Positions 10,601-19,779 of a stretch of 64,000 bases of DNA are shown one piece after another. Within the stretch, counting starts at the first letter, position 1. The number at the start of each line of letters is the position of its first letter. The stretch lies in contig JAHBVI010000004.1 of assembly GCA_019637635.1 (NCBI GenBank), forward strand, positions 6,497-70,496. The letters are read 5' to 3'. This DNA is from Anaerolineae bacterium (GTDB taxonomy: Bacteria; Chloroflexota; Anaerolineae; Promineifilales; Promineifilaceae). Below the pieces are notes generated by a model that worked only from the letters and a program-made list of their open reading frames with translations, did no database searches and was not told where the DNA came from. The position numbers were made by a program, and so were the translations under genes.

Positions 10601-10911
10601 CGGCCGTAGAAGCGGCCGCTTACCGCATTGTGGCCGAGGCGTTTACCAATGTGCTGCGCCATGCGGCGGCGCACCATTGCTGGATTGAGTTAAAGGTGGA
10701 GGAGATTGGGAAAAAGCACATCTCCAATCACCAATCTCTGTTCCTCCTTATCAAAGATGACGGCCGGGGCTTGCCAGCCAACGGCCGTGCCGGAGTCGGT
10801 CTGCTCTCCATGCGCGAACGGGCGGAAGAAGTGGGTGGTTCGTGTGAGATTGTGTCCGGTGAGAGCGGGGTGCGGGTTACGGCCGTGCTGCCCATATCAA
10901 CAGATAATTAA
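7678..10911 (+). CDS. large polytopic sensor histidine kinase (two multi-TM blocks, GAF-like linker, HisKA_3 + HATPase_c)
   Basis: More than 15 hydrophobic helices in two blocks. Phospho-His box RRDLHDELGP (HisKA_3/NarX type). N/G boxes (AFTNVLRHA, DDGRGL, GVGLLSMRERA). Confidence 0.8.
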   Translation: MNLVEAARKMTLSEQTAVWPQRLLLVLWTAVAAAFLAIFVTDLWLSYPMLAAPCTGEGCHYQAIGPTEAAVLAQWGLPVTAYALYILGISVLPVILFTALAVLMLNRLYPQKEGMFYSLTLIVIPVVAISSFDVVADAFPQLTIPIQLVVVVGHLLLMSLFLVFPRSRFEPRWTAVLPIFSVFFGLYPLFYAEEMRLPISQPYFLLLLLVLAVIFYRYRHLFDESERRQTRLAILGIFIFFIGVPIWSYTFEIAAPAPGQARLLTTMIGWTLCIITTIALPATLFVAILRDRLWDMAIILNRTLVYGGLTVGVTAVYLLMIGGLGLLAAGQQWRLIGVVLATAVTAILLKPVKTSLQTHVNRLIPPTPKDVPTPTEHAHHPAIPHRRGLVAGLLLLALAVQAALAWLTAVGCYRFSDYGLVGLFVSAGSGLLFTTVGGLILYYRPDNRIGWLCLWTGIGLPALAVIELYLHCGLAGQLAAPGSAYLAWFTYSYGVVLIILPMFILLPMLYPNGHFLSPRWRNLTIGGLLIIAIASIGTGLLPDFGQINAFGGGWAITNPFGVTGLPTWWYATFRAMLLLAVLFVSVAGIASMGLRLKRSVGDERQQMKWLVYFMATAVIVQLLVFELPGTLFYPELFQTIWYELTILIVFWGYPLIIGIAVFKYRLYAIDLVINRTLVYGSLTLIAISIYALMIGLLSLLFHTSGNLVISLVATGFIAVLFQPLHQRLQRGVNRLMYGERDDPYKVLSQLGRQLGETAVPGQTLPAITTTICHTLKLPYAAIQLTTPDGGRQTVAVSGQPTTVSEEWPLLHQRELVGWLIVAPRSTQEQFTSQECQLLTDIAGQTGAVAYAVRLTTALQHSREKLVLAREEERRRLRRDLHDELGPVIASQGLKLAAARELLHTDPNTAVRLLDDVLAKNQNTVAEVRRLVYNLRPPTLDELGLVGAICEYVQNSASTDLKVTISAPDSLPPLSAAVEAAAYRIVAEAFTNVLRHAAAHHCWIELKVEEIGKKHISNHQSLFLLIKDDGRGLPANGRAGVGLLSMRERAEEVGGSCEIVSGESGVRVTAVLPISTDN

Positions 10912-10931
10912 AAGGAGCGCCTTAAAGAGCT

Positions 10932-12200
10932 ATGCCCCATCTCACCATTCTAGCCCTCGGTTCGCGGGGGGATGTGCTGCCTTATGTGGTGTTGGGCGCT
11001 GGACTGCAAGCCAGCGGCTTTGCCGTGCGCATGGTCACTTTTGCCAGCTTTGCGCCGCTGGTCGCCAGACACAACCTGGAATTTACGGCCGTGCCCGGCG
11101 ATGCCGAACAAATCACCACCAGCAGCAGCGGTATCTCCCTGGCCGAATCCGGCTACAACGTCTGGCGTATGTGGCGGTCGCTCAAGGCCTCCTACTGGCA
11201 GTTAGCCGCCAGCATCACCCAAACCCTCTCTCAGCCAGCCATCTGGCAAACAGACGCCATCCTCAACCAGCTACCCGGCGGCCTGTTTGGCTTCGATTTG
11301 GCCGAAACGCTGGGCATTCCGCACATCAATGTGGCCGTCATGCCCCTGCTGCGCACCCGCGCCTTCCCCATGCTTGCCTTTCCCCCTGGCCCGGCCATTT
11401 TGCCCGGCTACACGCCGCTTACCTACCGGGTGGCAGAGCAGCTTGTCTGGTCTGGCTTTCGCGGGGCGGTGAACCGCTGGCGGCAATCGGTTTTGGGGCT
11501 GCCGCCGCAGTCGTTCTGGGGTCGCTTTGGCGAGGTGGGTCAGTTGCCCACACTGCTTGGTTTTAGCGAACAGATTGTGCCTCGCCCGCCTGATTGGGGA
11601 GCCAATGTGCATTACACCGGCTACTGGCGGCCGCAAGAGCCGGAGTGGACGCCGCCGGAGGGGTTGCAATGCTTTTTGGAAGCCGGGGTGCCGCCTGTTT
11701 TTATCGGTTTTGGTAGTATGCCGGTGCGCGACCCACAACGGGTGACCCAAATTGTCCTGAAGGCTATCCAGCTCAGTGGGCAGCGGGCCATTCTTCATGC
11801 AGGGTGGGCCGGTATTGGGGACACGGCCGTACCTGACGCCATTTACCAACTTGATTATGCCCCGTATGGCTGGCTCTTTCCGCAGATGGCGGCGGTGGTC
11901 CATCATGGCGGTTCGGGCACGACCGGTTTTGGCTTTTGGGCCGGTCTGCCTACTGTGCTGGTACCGTTCCTCTTTGACCAGTTTTATTGGGGGCGGCGTA
12001 TTGTGGCCCTGGGTGTGGGGCCAGAACCGGTACCTTACAAAGCGCTCACGGCGGAACGGTTGGCGGCAGCGATAGACACGGCCGTGACCTCCCCTCACAT
12101 TCGCCAACGCACCGCCGAACTGGGGCAACATATCCGGCAAGAAGATGGGGTGGGTACGGCCGTTAAAATTGTTAAACAGATCGTCGGAGTAAAGCCATGA
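10932..12200 (+). CDS. GT1-family UDP-glycosyltransferase (MGT / sterol-macrolide glycosyltransferase-like)
   Basis: N-terminal GSRGDVLP motif (Glyco_transf_28-like) and C-terminal HHGGSGTT nucleotide-sugar motif. Confidence 0.75.
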   Translation: MPHLTILALGSRGDVLPYVVLGAGLQASGFAVRMVTFASFAPLVARHNLEFTAVPGDAEQITTSSSGISLAESGYNVWRMWRSLKASYWQLAASITQTLSQPAIWQTDAILNQLPGGLFGFDLAETLGIPHINVAVMPLLRTRAFPMLAFPPGPAILPGYTPLTYRVAEQLVWSGFRGAVNRWRQSVLGLPPQSFWGRFGEVGQLPTLLGFSEQIVPRPPDWGANVHYTGYWRPQEPEWTPPEGLQCFLEAGVPPVFIGFGSMPVRDPQRVTQIVLKAIQLSGQRAILHAGWAGIGDTAVPDAIYQLDYAPYGWLFPQMAAVVHHGGSGTTGFGFWAGLPTVLVPFLFDQFYWGRRIVALGVGPEPVPYKALTAERLAAAIDTAVTSPHIRQRTAELGQHIRQEDGVGTAVKIVKQIVGVKP

Positions 12201-12868
12201 ATCCCATTCGCATTCTTGTTGTGGATGACCACCAACTGTTCATTGAGGGATTGACCGCTTTGTTGAACGCCACGTCAGAAACGGCCGTTGTTGGCGAAGC
12301 GGCCACCGGTCAGGAAGCAATTACGCAGGCGACGGCCGTAGCCCCCGACGTGATCCTCATGGACATCCACATGCCGGACATGAACGGCGTAGAAGCCACC
12401 CGGCGCATCCTGAAAACGAACCCCCATGTGGGCATCATCATGCTCACCATGTTGGAAGACGACGCTTCCGTTTTTGCGGCCATGCGCGCCGGAGCGCGGG
12501 GCTATCTGCTCAAAGGCTCAAACCACAGTGAAATGCTGCAAACCATTCGCGCCGTTGCCCAGGGGCAGGCCCTCTTTGGCCCGGCCATTGCCCGCCGCAT
12601 CATGCACTTTTTCCAAATCGGCAGCCAGCTTACCGGCCCATCGGCCCCCGCCGAACCCTTTCCCGACCTGACTGAGCGAGAGCGCGAACTGCTGGCACTC
12701 ATCGCCCAGGGCAAAAACAACAGCGAAATCGCCGACATACTGGTGATCAGCCCCAAAACCGTGCGCAACCACATCACCAGCATCTTCAGCAAGCTACAAG
12801 TGGCCGACCGCGCCGAAGCCATCGTCAAGGCGCGCGATGCGGGTCTGGAGAATTGGGAGAGGGGCTGA
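12197..12868 (+). CDS. NarL/LuxR-family response regulator
   Basis: REC domain (VVDDH, ILMDIHMPDMNG, LLKG) plus LuxR HTH (LTERERELL..GKNNSEIA..ISPKTVRNH). ATGA overlap with the GT1 gene. Confidence 0.85.
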   Translation: MNPIRILVVDDHQLFIEGLTALLNATSETAVVGEAATGQEAITQATAVAPDVILMDIHMPDMNGVEATRRILKTNPHVGIIMLTMLEDDASVFAAMRAGARGYLLKGSNHSEMLQTIRAVAQGQALFGPAIARRIMHFFQIGSQLTGPSAPAEPFPDLTERERELLALIAQGKNNSEIADILVISPKTVRNHITSIFSKLQVADRAEAIVKARDAGLENWERG

Positions 12869-15284
12869 CGGATAGAGTGAGAGGTTGATCCTGTTTTAGT
12901 AAACTGACATTGAGCGCCTCATACTGCGCCTTTTCCTGGGGGGAAATGGCGCGTTGCACCGTTTGTCGCCACATTTGTGACTGCTTGAGGAGATTGGCTG
13001 CTTCTGCTGGCACACCCATTTTTCCGGCCAATTCCGCCTGCACCAACAGGGCCGTCGCCATCATGATGGCATCCTCCCGCGCCGCATAGTGGGCATACGC
13101 CAGCGCCGCCAAAGAAACGGCCGTTTCATACTCCCCCCGGTTCATAGCAATTTGCGCCAGCGTCAGTTGCGCGTCGGGTAGAAAGTGGCTGTCTTCCAAC
13201 TCGCTGAAAATGCGCAAACTCTCCTGCGCCAACTGCTCTGCCGCCGCCCACTCGTCCAATTCGCGCAGCACATCGGCCAAATAGTTACCCACAAAAGCCT
13301 TTGACCAACCATCACCCGCCTGCTTCGCCTGGTCGTAGGCTTGCTGCAAATAGCGCCGGGCAGACGGTAAATCCAGCGTTTCCTGGGCAATCAACCCCAG
13401 GTGAGCCAGTTCGGAGGCGTGATCGCCCTCCGGGTAGACGGCCATACTTTCCGTCAGCCGCGCCGTCGCCAACGAATAATCGCCCATGGTGTAAGCGGTC
13501 AGGCCCATGTTATGCAGCACAGTAGCCATGCCTTCCCTGTCGCCAAGCTGGCGGCGCAGGGCCAGCCCTTCTTCGTGGCAGGCCAGGTTGGCAGCATAAT
13601 CGCCTAATTCCAGGCAAAAGGAGGCCAGCCCATTGAGGGTGCGAGCGCGCTGCGACAGATCGGTGGAAGGAAGCTGCAACGCGGCCGTGAGCAGTTCCCG
13701 CCCCAGGGCAAACAGGCTGCGCCGATACCAGAACCACCACAGATTCCCGGCAATGGTGACGGCCGTTTCCCCATCCCCCGCTGCCAACGCCCAACGCAGC
13801 GCCGCCAAAAAGTTGTCCTGGTCGGCCAGCGCCCGCGGCATCCAGACCCCCTGCTCCTCCCCCAACAGCCCGGCGAACACCTCCTGGGTGAATTGGGCGT
13901 AGTAATGGGCATGCGTCTGCTGCGTGGCAGCTAATAGGTCGGCGGCCGTTAACTGTTCCAGGGCAAAGGCGCGCAGGGTTTCCAGCAGGTAGAAACGGCC
14001 GCCATCACGCACCCCCACCAGATTCGCCCGCGCCAACTGCGCCAGCAAAGCAGCGTCCGCCTGGGCAATAGCTTCTACGGCCGTCGCCGCCCCCCCGCCT
14101 ACAAAAACACCCAACCGATAAAAAGCGTGTTGAGCAGCGGCAGGCAGCAGGTGGACGCTCCAGGCGATGGCCGCGTGCAACGTGCGGTGCCGCTCGGCCA
14201 CATTGCGCCGCGTCTGCTGCAACCAGGTGGACGAAAGCTGATTGTGGCCGCGCAGCGTGAGTAACTGCTGCGTCAGGCTGGCCGGATCGTGGTCGCGCAG
14301 GCGGGCGGCGGCCAGTTCCAACGCCAGCGGCAGCCCATCCAGCGCCGCGCACAACGTCGCCAGCGACAGCAAATTATCGTCGCTCAGGGTGAAAGTGGGG
14401 TCTATGGCCTGCGCCCGCGCCAGCAAAAGCTGCATCGCTGCCGTGTGCGCCCAATCGGGCGACGGCCGTTGCGCCAGATCGGGCACAGGTAATGGGGCCA
14501 ACGGCCACTCCTGTTCACCGTACAAATCCAGCGGCGTGCGGCTGGTGCAGAGCAGCTTCAGGCATGGCGCCTGGGTGAGCCAATCGCTGAAAAGAGTGAC
14601 GCCTTCCAGCAAATGTTCGCAGTTGTCCAGCACCAGCAGCAGGTGACGGGGGGCGAGGTAGGATTGAATGGCGGCAACGGCCGTTTGCTGCGGCGTGGGG
14701 CTTATATCCAACTGGCGCAGCACGGCATAGGGGATGTCGTCCGGCGTGGTTGCTTCCGCCAGCGATACAAACGCCGCGCCGTCGGCGAACTGTGCCAGGG
14801 CGGCGTGAGCTACCGCCAACGCCAGGCGCGTCTTGCCAATGCCCGGCGCTCCTACCAGAGTGATCAGCCGCGCCGTTTGCAGCCGGTTCACCAACTCTGT
14901 CACCTCCGCCTGCCGCCCCAGCAGGGGCAGCAGCGGCGCGGGTGGTATGTGGCCGGGCGCGGTGGTGGTCACTGTTTCTTGCACCAGTTGGATGCGCGTC
15001 TGTTTGGTGTGGGTGATGGTGAGCTGCCGCTCGCGCCGGGTTTGCCCGGCCAGCGCCAGGAACTGCTCCACCAGGGCGCGGTCGCGTTCCAGCAGCAGGG
15101 CGGGCACAAACAGGGCGGCAATGACGGCCAGATCGGGCAGGCGGGAGCCGTTTTCCAGGCGGGCGATTTGCTCGCGGCTGTAGCCGACGGCGCGGCCCAG
15201 TTCGTCCTGGGTGAGGCGGGCACGTTTACGCAGGAAGCGCAGCGCCGGGCCGAAAGTGTCGGGTAAGGCGGGTGAAGGGAGCAT
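12825..15284 (-). CDS. STAND-type regulator: XRE-family HTH + NB-ARC-like P-loop NTPase + TPR repeats
   Basis: N-terminal HTH (LTQDELGRAVGYSREQIARLENG). Walker A GAPGIGKTRLA, Walker B LLVLDNCEH. C-terminal third shows TPR-like periodicity. The 3' end overlaps the convergent response regulator by 44 nt. Confidence 0.7.
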   Translation of the reverse strand: MLPSPALPDTFGPALRFLRKRARLTQDELGRAVGYSREQIARLENGSRLPDLAVIAALFVPALLLERDRALVEQFLALAGQTRRERQLTITHTKQTRIQLVQETVTTTAPGHIPPAPLLPLLGRQAEVTELVNRLQTARLITLVGAPGIGKTRLALAVAHAALAQFADGAAFVSLAEATTPDDIPYAVLRQLDISPTPQQTAVAAIQSYLAPRHLLLVLDNCEHLLEGVTLFSDWLTQAPCLKLLCTSRTPLDLYGEQEWPLAPLPVPDLAQRPSPDWAHTAAMQLLLARAQAIDPTFTLSDDNLLSLATLCAALDGLPLALELAAARLRDHDPASLTQQLLTLRGHNQLSSTWLQQTRRNVAERHRTLHAAIAWSVHLLPAAAQHAFYRLGVFVGGGAATAVEAIAQADAALLAQLARANLVGVRDGGRFYLLETLRAFALEQLTAADLLAATQQTHAHYYAQFTQEVFAGLLGEEQGVWMPRALADQDNFLAALRWALAAGDGETAVTIAGNLWWFWYRRSLFALGRELLTAALQLPSTDLSQRARTLNGLASFCLELGDYAANLACHEEGLALRRQLGDREGMATVLHNMGLTAYTMGDYSLATARLTESMAVYPEGDHASELAHLGLIAQETLDLPSARRYLQQAYDQAKQAGDGWSKAFVGNYLADVLRELDEWAAAEQLAQESLRIFSELEDSHFLPDAQLTLAQIAMNRGEYETAVSLAALAYAHYAAREDAIMMATALLVQAELAGKMGVPAEAANLLKQSQMWRQTVQRAISPQEKAQYEALNVSLLKQDQPLTLSVSPSPNSPDPHRAP

Positions 15285-15295
15285 AGAGTTCGGAT

Positions 15296-16411
15296 TTACA
15301 GCAGGGTGTAGGCTTCGCGGGCCATGAGCACTTCAAAGCAATCAGGGGGGCGGGGCGGGGGAACGTCTGTCGGCGCGTCGTTTTGCCGGAGCGACTCACT
15401 GAGCAGGTAAAGCTCAAACAGGCCGATACGCAGCGCGGCCGAGGCGGCGAAGGCAAAACGCACCTGCGGTGGATCAATCGGGCAGCCCGCATCTTGCAAC
15501 CCGGCCAGGTAGTGGGTAAAGAGGAGGTCGGTTGATTCTTGCGGCTGAACGGCCGTTACATTCAAATGGGCGCCGAGAACAAGCTGACCCAGGTCGTGCC
15601 CCAGCGGTTCGACGCCCATGAGCGCCCAATCCAGGGCGACGGTCTGCTCTTGTCCATCGGGCGTATGGCGCGACATGAAATTGGTGGGGTAGGTGTCGCC
15701 GTGGCACAGGGTATGGGGAATCTGGTCTAGCGCCGCCAGGAAGCGTTCGTGTTCCAGCAGCAGGCGGCGAAAGGGGTTGTCGTCGGGCGCGGGGTAACGC
15801 TGCAAGACGCGGGGATGCTGCCAGGGGATAGCCTGCCATTGGGGCAGCATCGTAATCCACTGGCGGGTGATTTGGTGACCAAACCAGGGGTAAGACGGCC
15901 GTTCGGCCACGTACCGCCCATTCAACCGCCCCAGATGGCGCGCCGCCAGCGCATAACGGGCCAGCGGCCATTCCCCAGCATAAGCGTCTTGCACATCTTC
16001 CAGCCAGAGCAGGGCAACGTCACCGGGCAGTTCAGCCGTGCCATAACAGCGCGGCGCGGTCAGGCCATCCGGCAGCCTGTCTAGCAGGCCAGATTGGTAG
16101 ATGAGCAACTCGCGCCGCCAGTAGTTCCAGTGGCTCTGATCGTCTCCTTCGCCCATATTGCTCCAACCAACGTTGGCCGGGGATTGCAGAATTTTCAGCA
16201 CCACCGACCAGTTGACCGGCTCAGCGCCATCTTGCCCAATGCCAGCGAAGCGGTACAGCCCCATGCTGACCGGGTTGCCCATGCCGCCGCCCAACTGGCT
16301 GACCTGCCAATCCTGAATTTTCAGAGCGGGGCGTTGGGTGGATTGACGGGCAACGGCCGTTAGCTGTCCCGGTTCAATGGATTGAATGATTGAAGTCGCA
16401 TCGTGTGTCAT
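15296..16411 (-). CDS. phosphotransferase-family (APH-like) protein
   Basis: HGDxxxxN motif (HGDTYPTN) and downstream LDWALMG (DxD-like). 11-nt gap to the downstream STAND gene. Confidence 0.6.
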   Translation of the reverse strand: MTHDATSIIQSIEPGQLTAVARQSTQRPALKIQDWQVSQLGGGMGNPVSMGLYRFAGIGQDGAEPVNWSVVLKILQSPANVGWSNMGEGDDQSHWNYWRRELLIYQSGLLDRLPDGLTAPRCYGTAELPGDVALLWLEDVQDAYAGEWPLARYALAARHLGRLNGRYVAERPSYPWFGHQITRQWITMLPQWQAIPWQHPRVLQRYPAPDDNPFRRLLLEHERFLAALDQIPHTLCHGDTYPTNFMSRHTPDGQEQTVALDWALMGVEPLGHDLGQLVLGAHLNVTAVQPQESTDLLFTHYLAGLQDAGCPIDPPQVRFAFAASAALRIGLFELYLLSESLRQNDAPTDVPPPRPPDCFEVLMAREAYTLL

Positions 16412-16515
16412 GGCTGCCTATGTATAAGCGTGATTGCGTCAGTGGATTGGAAACGAACCCACCAGCTTTTGCAAAGCGGTTTAATAATCATGGATTTTAT
16501 CCATTCCTGACCGGT

Positions 16516-16540
16516 TGTCACAAAATGTCACCTTTGTCAC
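16516..16540. promoter_or_regulatory. three direct TGTCAC repeats (spacing 10 and 9 nt) in a divergent promoter region
   Basis: tTGTCACaaaaTGTCACcttTGTCAC read directly. Lies between the APH/STAND operon (-) and the lipoprotein/beta-helix genes (+). Confidence 0.25.
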
Positions 16541-16646
16541 GGCCGTTACCCCTATCTTACGGCGATGAAAACAAAACGGGTGATTTTGACGATTGAAACA
16601 ATCGAAACCACAACGATCACCCTGAACGCACAAGGAGATATGCCTG

Positions 16647-17285
16647 ATGAAACAACTTCTCGTTTTGTATTTATTGCTGTGCGGCGCGATGTTTGGCGTA
16701 GCTTGTGGCGGCTCGGAAGCGGTGAGCGGATCGAAGACCGGCAGCAGCCAGGAGACGACCAACAACCAGACGGCCGTTAATCCACCAACGGCCGTGCCCG
16801 CAACCCCAGAATCTACTACTAACACCAGCTGCGAAGATTACTTTCGCTTTTGCACCCACGTGCAGATCAGCGGCAGCGTGACGGCCGATTTCACCAGCGG
16901 CATCGGCGGTAATGTGCCCGACTGCGCGGAATGGGTCGCCGGCGGGGCGTCGCGGCACCTGGATTTGCCGATGGTGCAGGCGTTTGAGCAAACGCCGCCG
17001 GTTGTGGTGGCGCTGACGGCGCTGGGAGAATACACCGGGCCGGGGCGCTATGAGATGCAGCACACCAAAACGGGCGCGCTGCCAGATTGGTTCCCATCGC
17101 TGACTGTGGGCGAGCGGGCATTTGAGCGGGGGGAGGGGGCAACGGCCGTTGCCGAAGTCGCCGCCGATGGTTCCGGCACATTCACAGCCACCGGGCTGGT
17201 GGAAGTGGCCTCCCTGCAAAACAGCAGCCCCGACGCGGACGCGCAGGTGGATTTAACCGTGACCTGGACGTGTCAGGAACCGTAA
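16647..17285 (+). CDS. putative secreted lipoprotein, unknown function
   Basis: Lipobox-like signal (LLLCGAMFGVACGG) followed by a low-complexity S/T/N linker. No recognisable family. Confidence 0.5.
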   Translation: MKQLLVLYLLLCGAMFGVACGGSEAVSGSKTGSSQETTNNQTAVNPPTAVPATPESTTNTSCEDYFRFCTHVQISGSVTADFTSGIGGNVPDCAEWVAGGASRHLDLPMVQAFEQTPPVVVALTALGEYTGPGRYEMQHTKTGALPDWFPSLTVGERAFERGEGATAVAEVAADGSGTFTATGLVEVASLQNSSPDADAQVDLTVTWTCQEP

Positions 17286-17408
17286 ACAGGCAATTGCCAA
17301 TGACTAATTGGCAATGGTCAATGGTCATCCGTTTATTTCTGAATCCGATGTAGTCATTTGTTAAGGCGAATACCAAATGGTTGAACAATACTCCAAAAAG
17401 GAAAAATT

Positions 17409-19064
17409 ATGAAAAAGCACTTCATTTTGTTTGTTGTCGGAATGTGTATGGTGGCGTTGGTGTGGGGCGCGGGGCGGGCACGGGCGGCCGATGCGGTGGT
17501 AGGCGATGGCTCTCCGGCGAGCTGCACGGAGGCGGCGTTTGATGCGGCGTTGGCCACGGCCGTGTCCGGCGGCGGCGCCATCACCTTCAATTGCGGCGCA
17601 GCCGAGGCAACCATCCCGTTTAGCCTAAGCAAAATTGTGAACCTGGGCAATGTGACCATAGACGGCGCAGACCGCATCACCCTGAACGCAAACAACAACG
17701 ACCGCCACTTTTTTGTCGGCGGCGGCGTCACCTTCCGCCTGCAAAACATCACCCTGCGTGATGGCAATTCGCTGGTGAGCGGCGGGGCGATTGAAGCTTC
17801 TGGGGCAACGATCATCCTGGAAAATGTGCGCCTGCTCAACAACTACTCCAGCGTGGCGGGCGGGGCCATCTATTGTTATGACAGCACGCTGACGATAAGC
17901 AACAGCCTGCTGGAAAACAACGCCTCGAACACGGCCGGAGCCATTTATAACGATGGCTGCGCCCTGACCATCAGCGGCTCCACGCTGCGGGGTAATGGGG
18001 CGCTGGGTACGTTTGGCCGGGGCGGGGCGATTGAAAATCAGCCCCCCGGAGCGTTGACGCTGACCGGTACGCGGCTGGAGAACAATACGGCGCCTGATGG
18101 CGGCGGCCTGTACAATGCCAGCGGCGCAACTGCCTGGTTAACGGCCGTTACGCTGGTCGAAAACACGGCCGGTTATGGCGGCGGTGTGGAAAACAGCGGC
18201 GCACTGACCGTGACGCACAGCCTGTTTGACGGCAACAACACAACGGGCAGCGGCGGCGGATTGTGGAATTTGGGGGGAACGGCCGTTATCGAAACGACAA
18301 CCTTCACCGACAACTTTGCCTACGAAGGGGGCGGCGTGAACAGCTATGGCGCGGTATTGGAGATGCGCGACGTGAATCTGGTGAGCAATTACGCCAATGG
18401 CTTGAGCGGTACGCCGCACGGCGGTGGGTTCTACCACGCGGGGGGCGCGGCAACCATCACCAACGCCACCATCCAGGGCAACTACGCGGCCAGCAACGGC
18501 GGCGGCGTCTACCAGGCGTCCGACGACAATCTGGTGCTGACCAATGTGACCATCGCCGGGAATGTGGCGACGGGGCTGGGGGGCGGCTTGTACCATTACG
18601 GCCGTTATGCGGTGCTGACCAATGCCACGATAGCCAATAACCAGGCGGGCATCGCCGGGCACGCCATTTATGAAGATTCGCCGCAGACCCCATCCGAACC
18701 TGGGGTGGTGCAGCTTGTCAACACGGTCATCTTCGGCGCGGCGGTCAATTGTGATGGCGGCTTGTTCCAATCGCTGGGGCATAACTTGAGCCAGGGCAGT
18801 TGCGCCTCGCTCACCGACCCGACCGATCAAGATGGCTTCACGGGCGACCTGCTGCTCGGCCCGCTGGCTTTTAACGGCGGCGCTTTTGCCATGCAAACGC
18901 TGCTGCCCCAAACCAGCAGCCCGCTGATTGACGCGGGCGACCCCACCGCCTGTTCGGCCACCGACCAGCGCGGCGACAGCCGGGTGGGTGTATGCGATCT
19001 GGGCGCGGTGGAGTACGGGGCAAGTGTGATGCGGGTGTATTTGCCGCTGGTGACACGGCCGTGA
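17409..19064 (+). CDS. secreted right-handed beta-helix protein with PMP-type (GGAI/FxxN) repeats
   Basis: Signal peptide. More than 10 iterations of GG[AG][IL][YEW]N...N..A (GGAIEA, GGAIYC, GGGLYN, GGGVEN, GGGLWN). The C-terminal CDLGAVE region resembles the choice-of-anchor Q domain. Confidence 0.65.
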   Translation: MKKHFILFVVGMCMVALVWGAGRARAADAVVGDGSPASCTEAAFDAALATAVSGGGAITFNCGAAEATIPFSLSKIVNLGNVTIDGADRITLNANNNDRHFFVGGGVTFRLQNITLRDGNSLVSGGAIEASGATIILENVRLLNNYSSVAGGAIYCYDSTLTISNSLLENNASNTAGAIYNDGCALTISGSTLRGNGALGTFGRGGAIENQPPGALTLTGTRLENNTAPDGGGLYNASGATAWLTAVTLVENTAGYGGGVENSGALTVTHSLFDGNNTTGSGGGLWNLGGTAVIETTTFTDNFAYEGGGVNSYGAVLEMRDVNLVSNYANGLSGTPHGGGFYHAGGAATITNATIQGNYAASNGGGVYQASDDNLVLTNVTIAGNVATGLGGGLYHYGRYAVLTNATIANNQAGIAGHAIYEDSPQTPSEPGVVQLVNTVIFGAAVNCDGGLFQSLGHNLSQGSCASLTDPTDQDGFTGDLLLGPLAFNGGAFAMQTLLPQTSSPLIDAGDPTACSATDQRGDSRVGVCDLGAVEYGASVMRVYLPLVTRP

Positions 19065-19070
19065 CGCGCT

Positions 19071-19661
19071 TCAGGACGTTTCAGGCGACGGCCAAAGCTG
19101 ATGGAGGGGCAGGTTAAAGCCGGGCAGGATGTCAGTCAGGGTGAGGGTATCGTTTAAGGTGAATTCTTGAATATCGGTAGGGGAACGGTGGAGGGCGAGG
19201 GTTTGCTCCTCCGGTTCGACGATGAGCACGGCCGTGACCCCTACCTCAAAATACTCTTTAATATTCTTGCGCACCTCGCTCCACCGATCAGAGGGGGACA
19301 TCACTTCCACAATGAGTTCCGGGGCCACATCCATAAATCCACCCGGCGTCACCTGCGCCAGCCGTTCATGGGAGATGAACAACACATCCGCCCCGCGTAC
19401 CGTATCCGGGTTCCGCCGGGTGTATACGCCCACTTCGCCCACCATAACCACACCTAAATTATGTTCCTCCACAAAATTTCCCAAAAACCTTGCCATTTCA
19501 AATTCATAACGGCCATGTAGCATCTTTGCCGGACTCAACTTCACAACCCTCCCTTCCACCAGTTCACACCGGCCCAGGTCGCCCATCGCCGCCAACTCCT
19601 CGCCGGTAATGAGCGCCTCTTCGTTCAATTTGGACTGGACTAAATCTTGTTGTGCAATCAT
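19071..19661 (-). CDS. Uma2-family (DUF820) putative endonuclease
   Basis: Typical Uma2 layout (ELVEGRVV..SPA...H, ..GAD.. , PELIVEV.SPSD). Start moved to ATG 19661 (MIAQQD); the upstream extension runs into a heptamer array. Confidence 0.7.
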   Translation of the reverse strand: MIAQQDLVQSKLNEEALITGEELAAMGDLGRCELVEGRVVKLSPAKMLHGRYEFEMARFLGNFVEEHNLGVVMVGEVGVYTRRNPDTVRGADVLFISHERLAQVTPGGFMDVAPELIVEVMSPSDRWSEVRKNIKEYFEVGVTAVLIVEPEEQTLALHRSPTDIQEFTLNDTLTLTDILPGFNLPLHQLWPSPETS

Positions 19662-19744
19662 GCTTCTCACCCTGCCAGACAGTTTCATCCTACCCGGCTG
19701 CCCGGCAGTATACACCATAAGAGACAAAGGCCGAAACCCCACCA

Positions 19745-19779
19745 CCGATAACCGATTACCGATTACGGATTACCGATTT
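19745..19779. repeat. heptamer tandem array (CCGATTA x5, variants)
   Basis: ccgataa ccgatta ccgatta cggatta ccgattt. Contains the stop codon of the BCCP gene (..EIGNP*). Confidence 0.9.

Noticed and set aside
12825-12868. The 44-nt convergent overlap of the response regulator and STAND 3' ends (and 44852-44890 likewise) as a regulatory antisense arrangement.
   Set aside because: Short 3'-3' overlaps are common in compact high-GC genomes, and I can point to no additional structure or motif.
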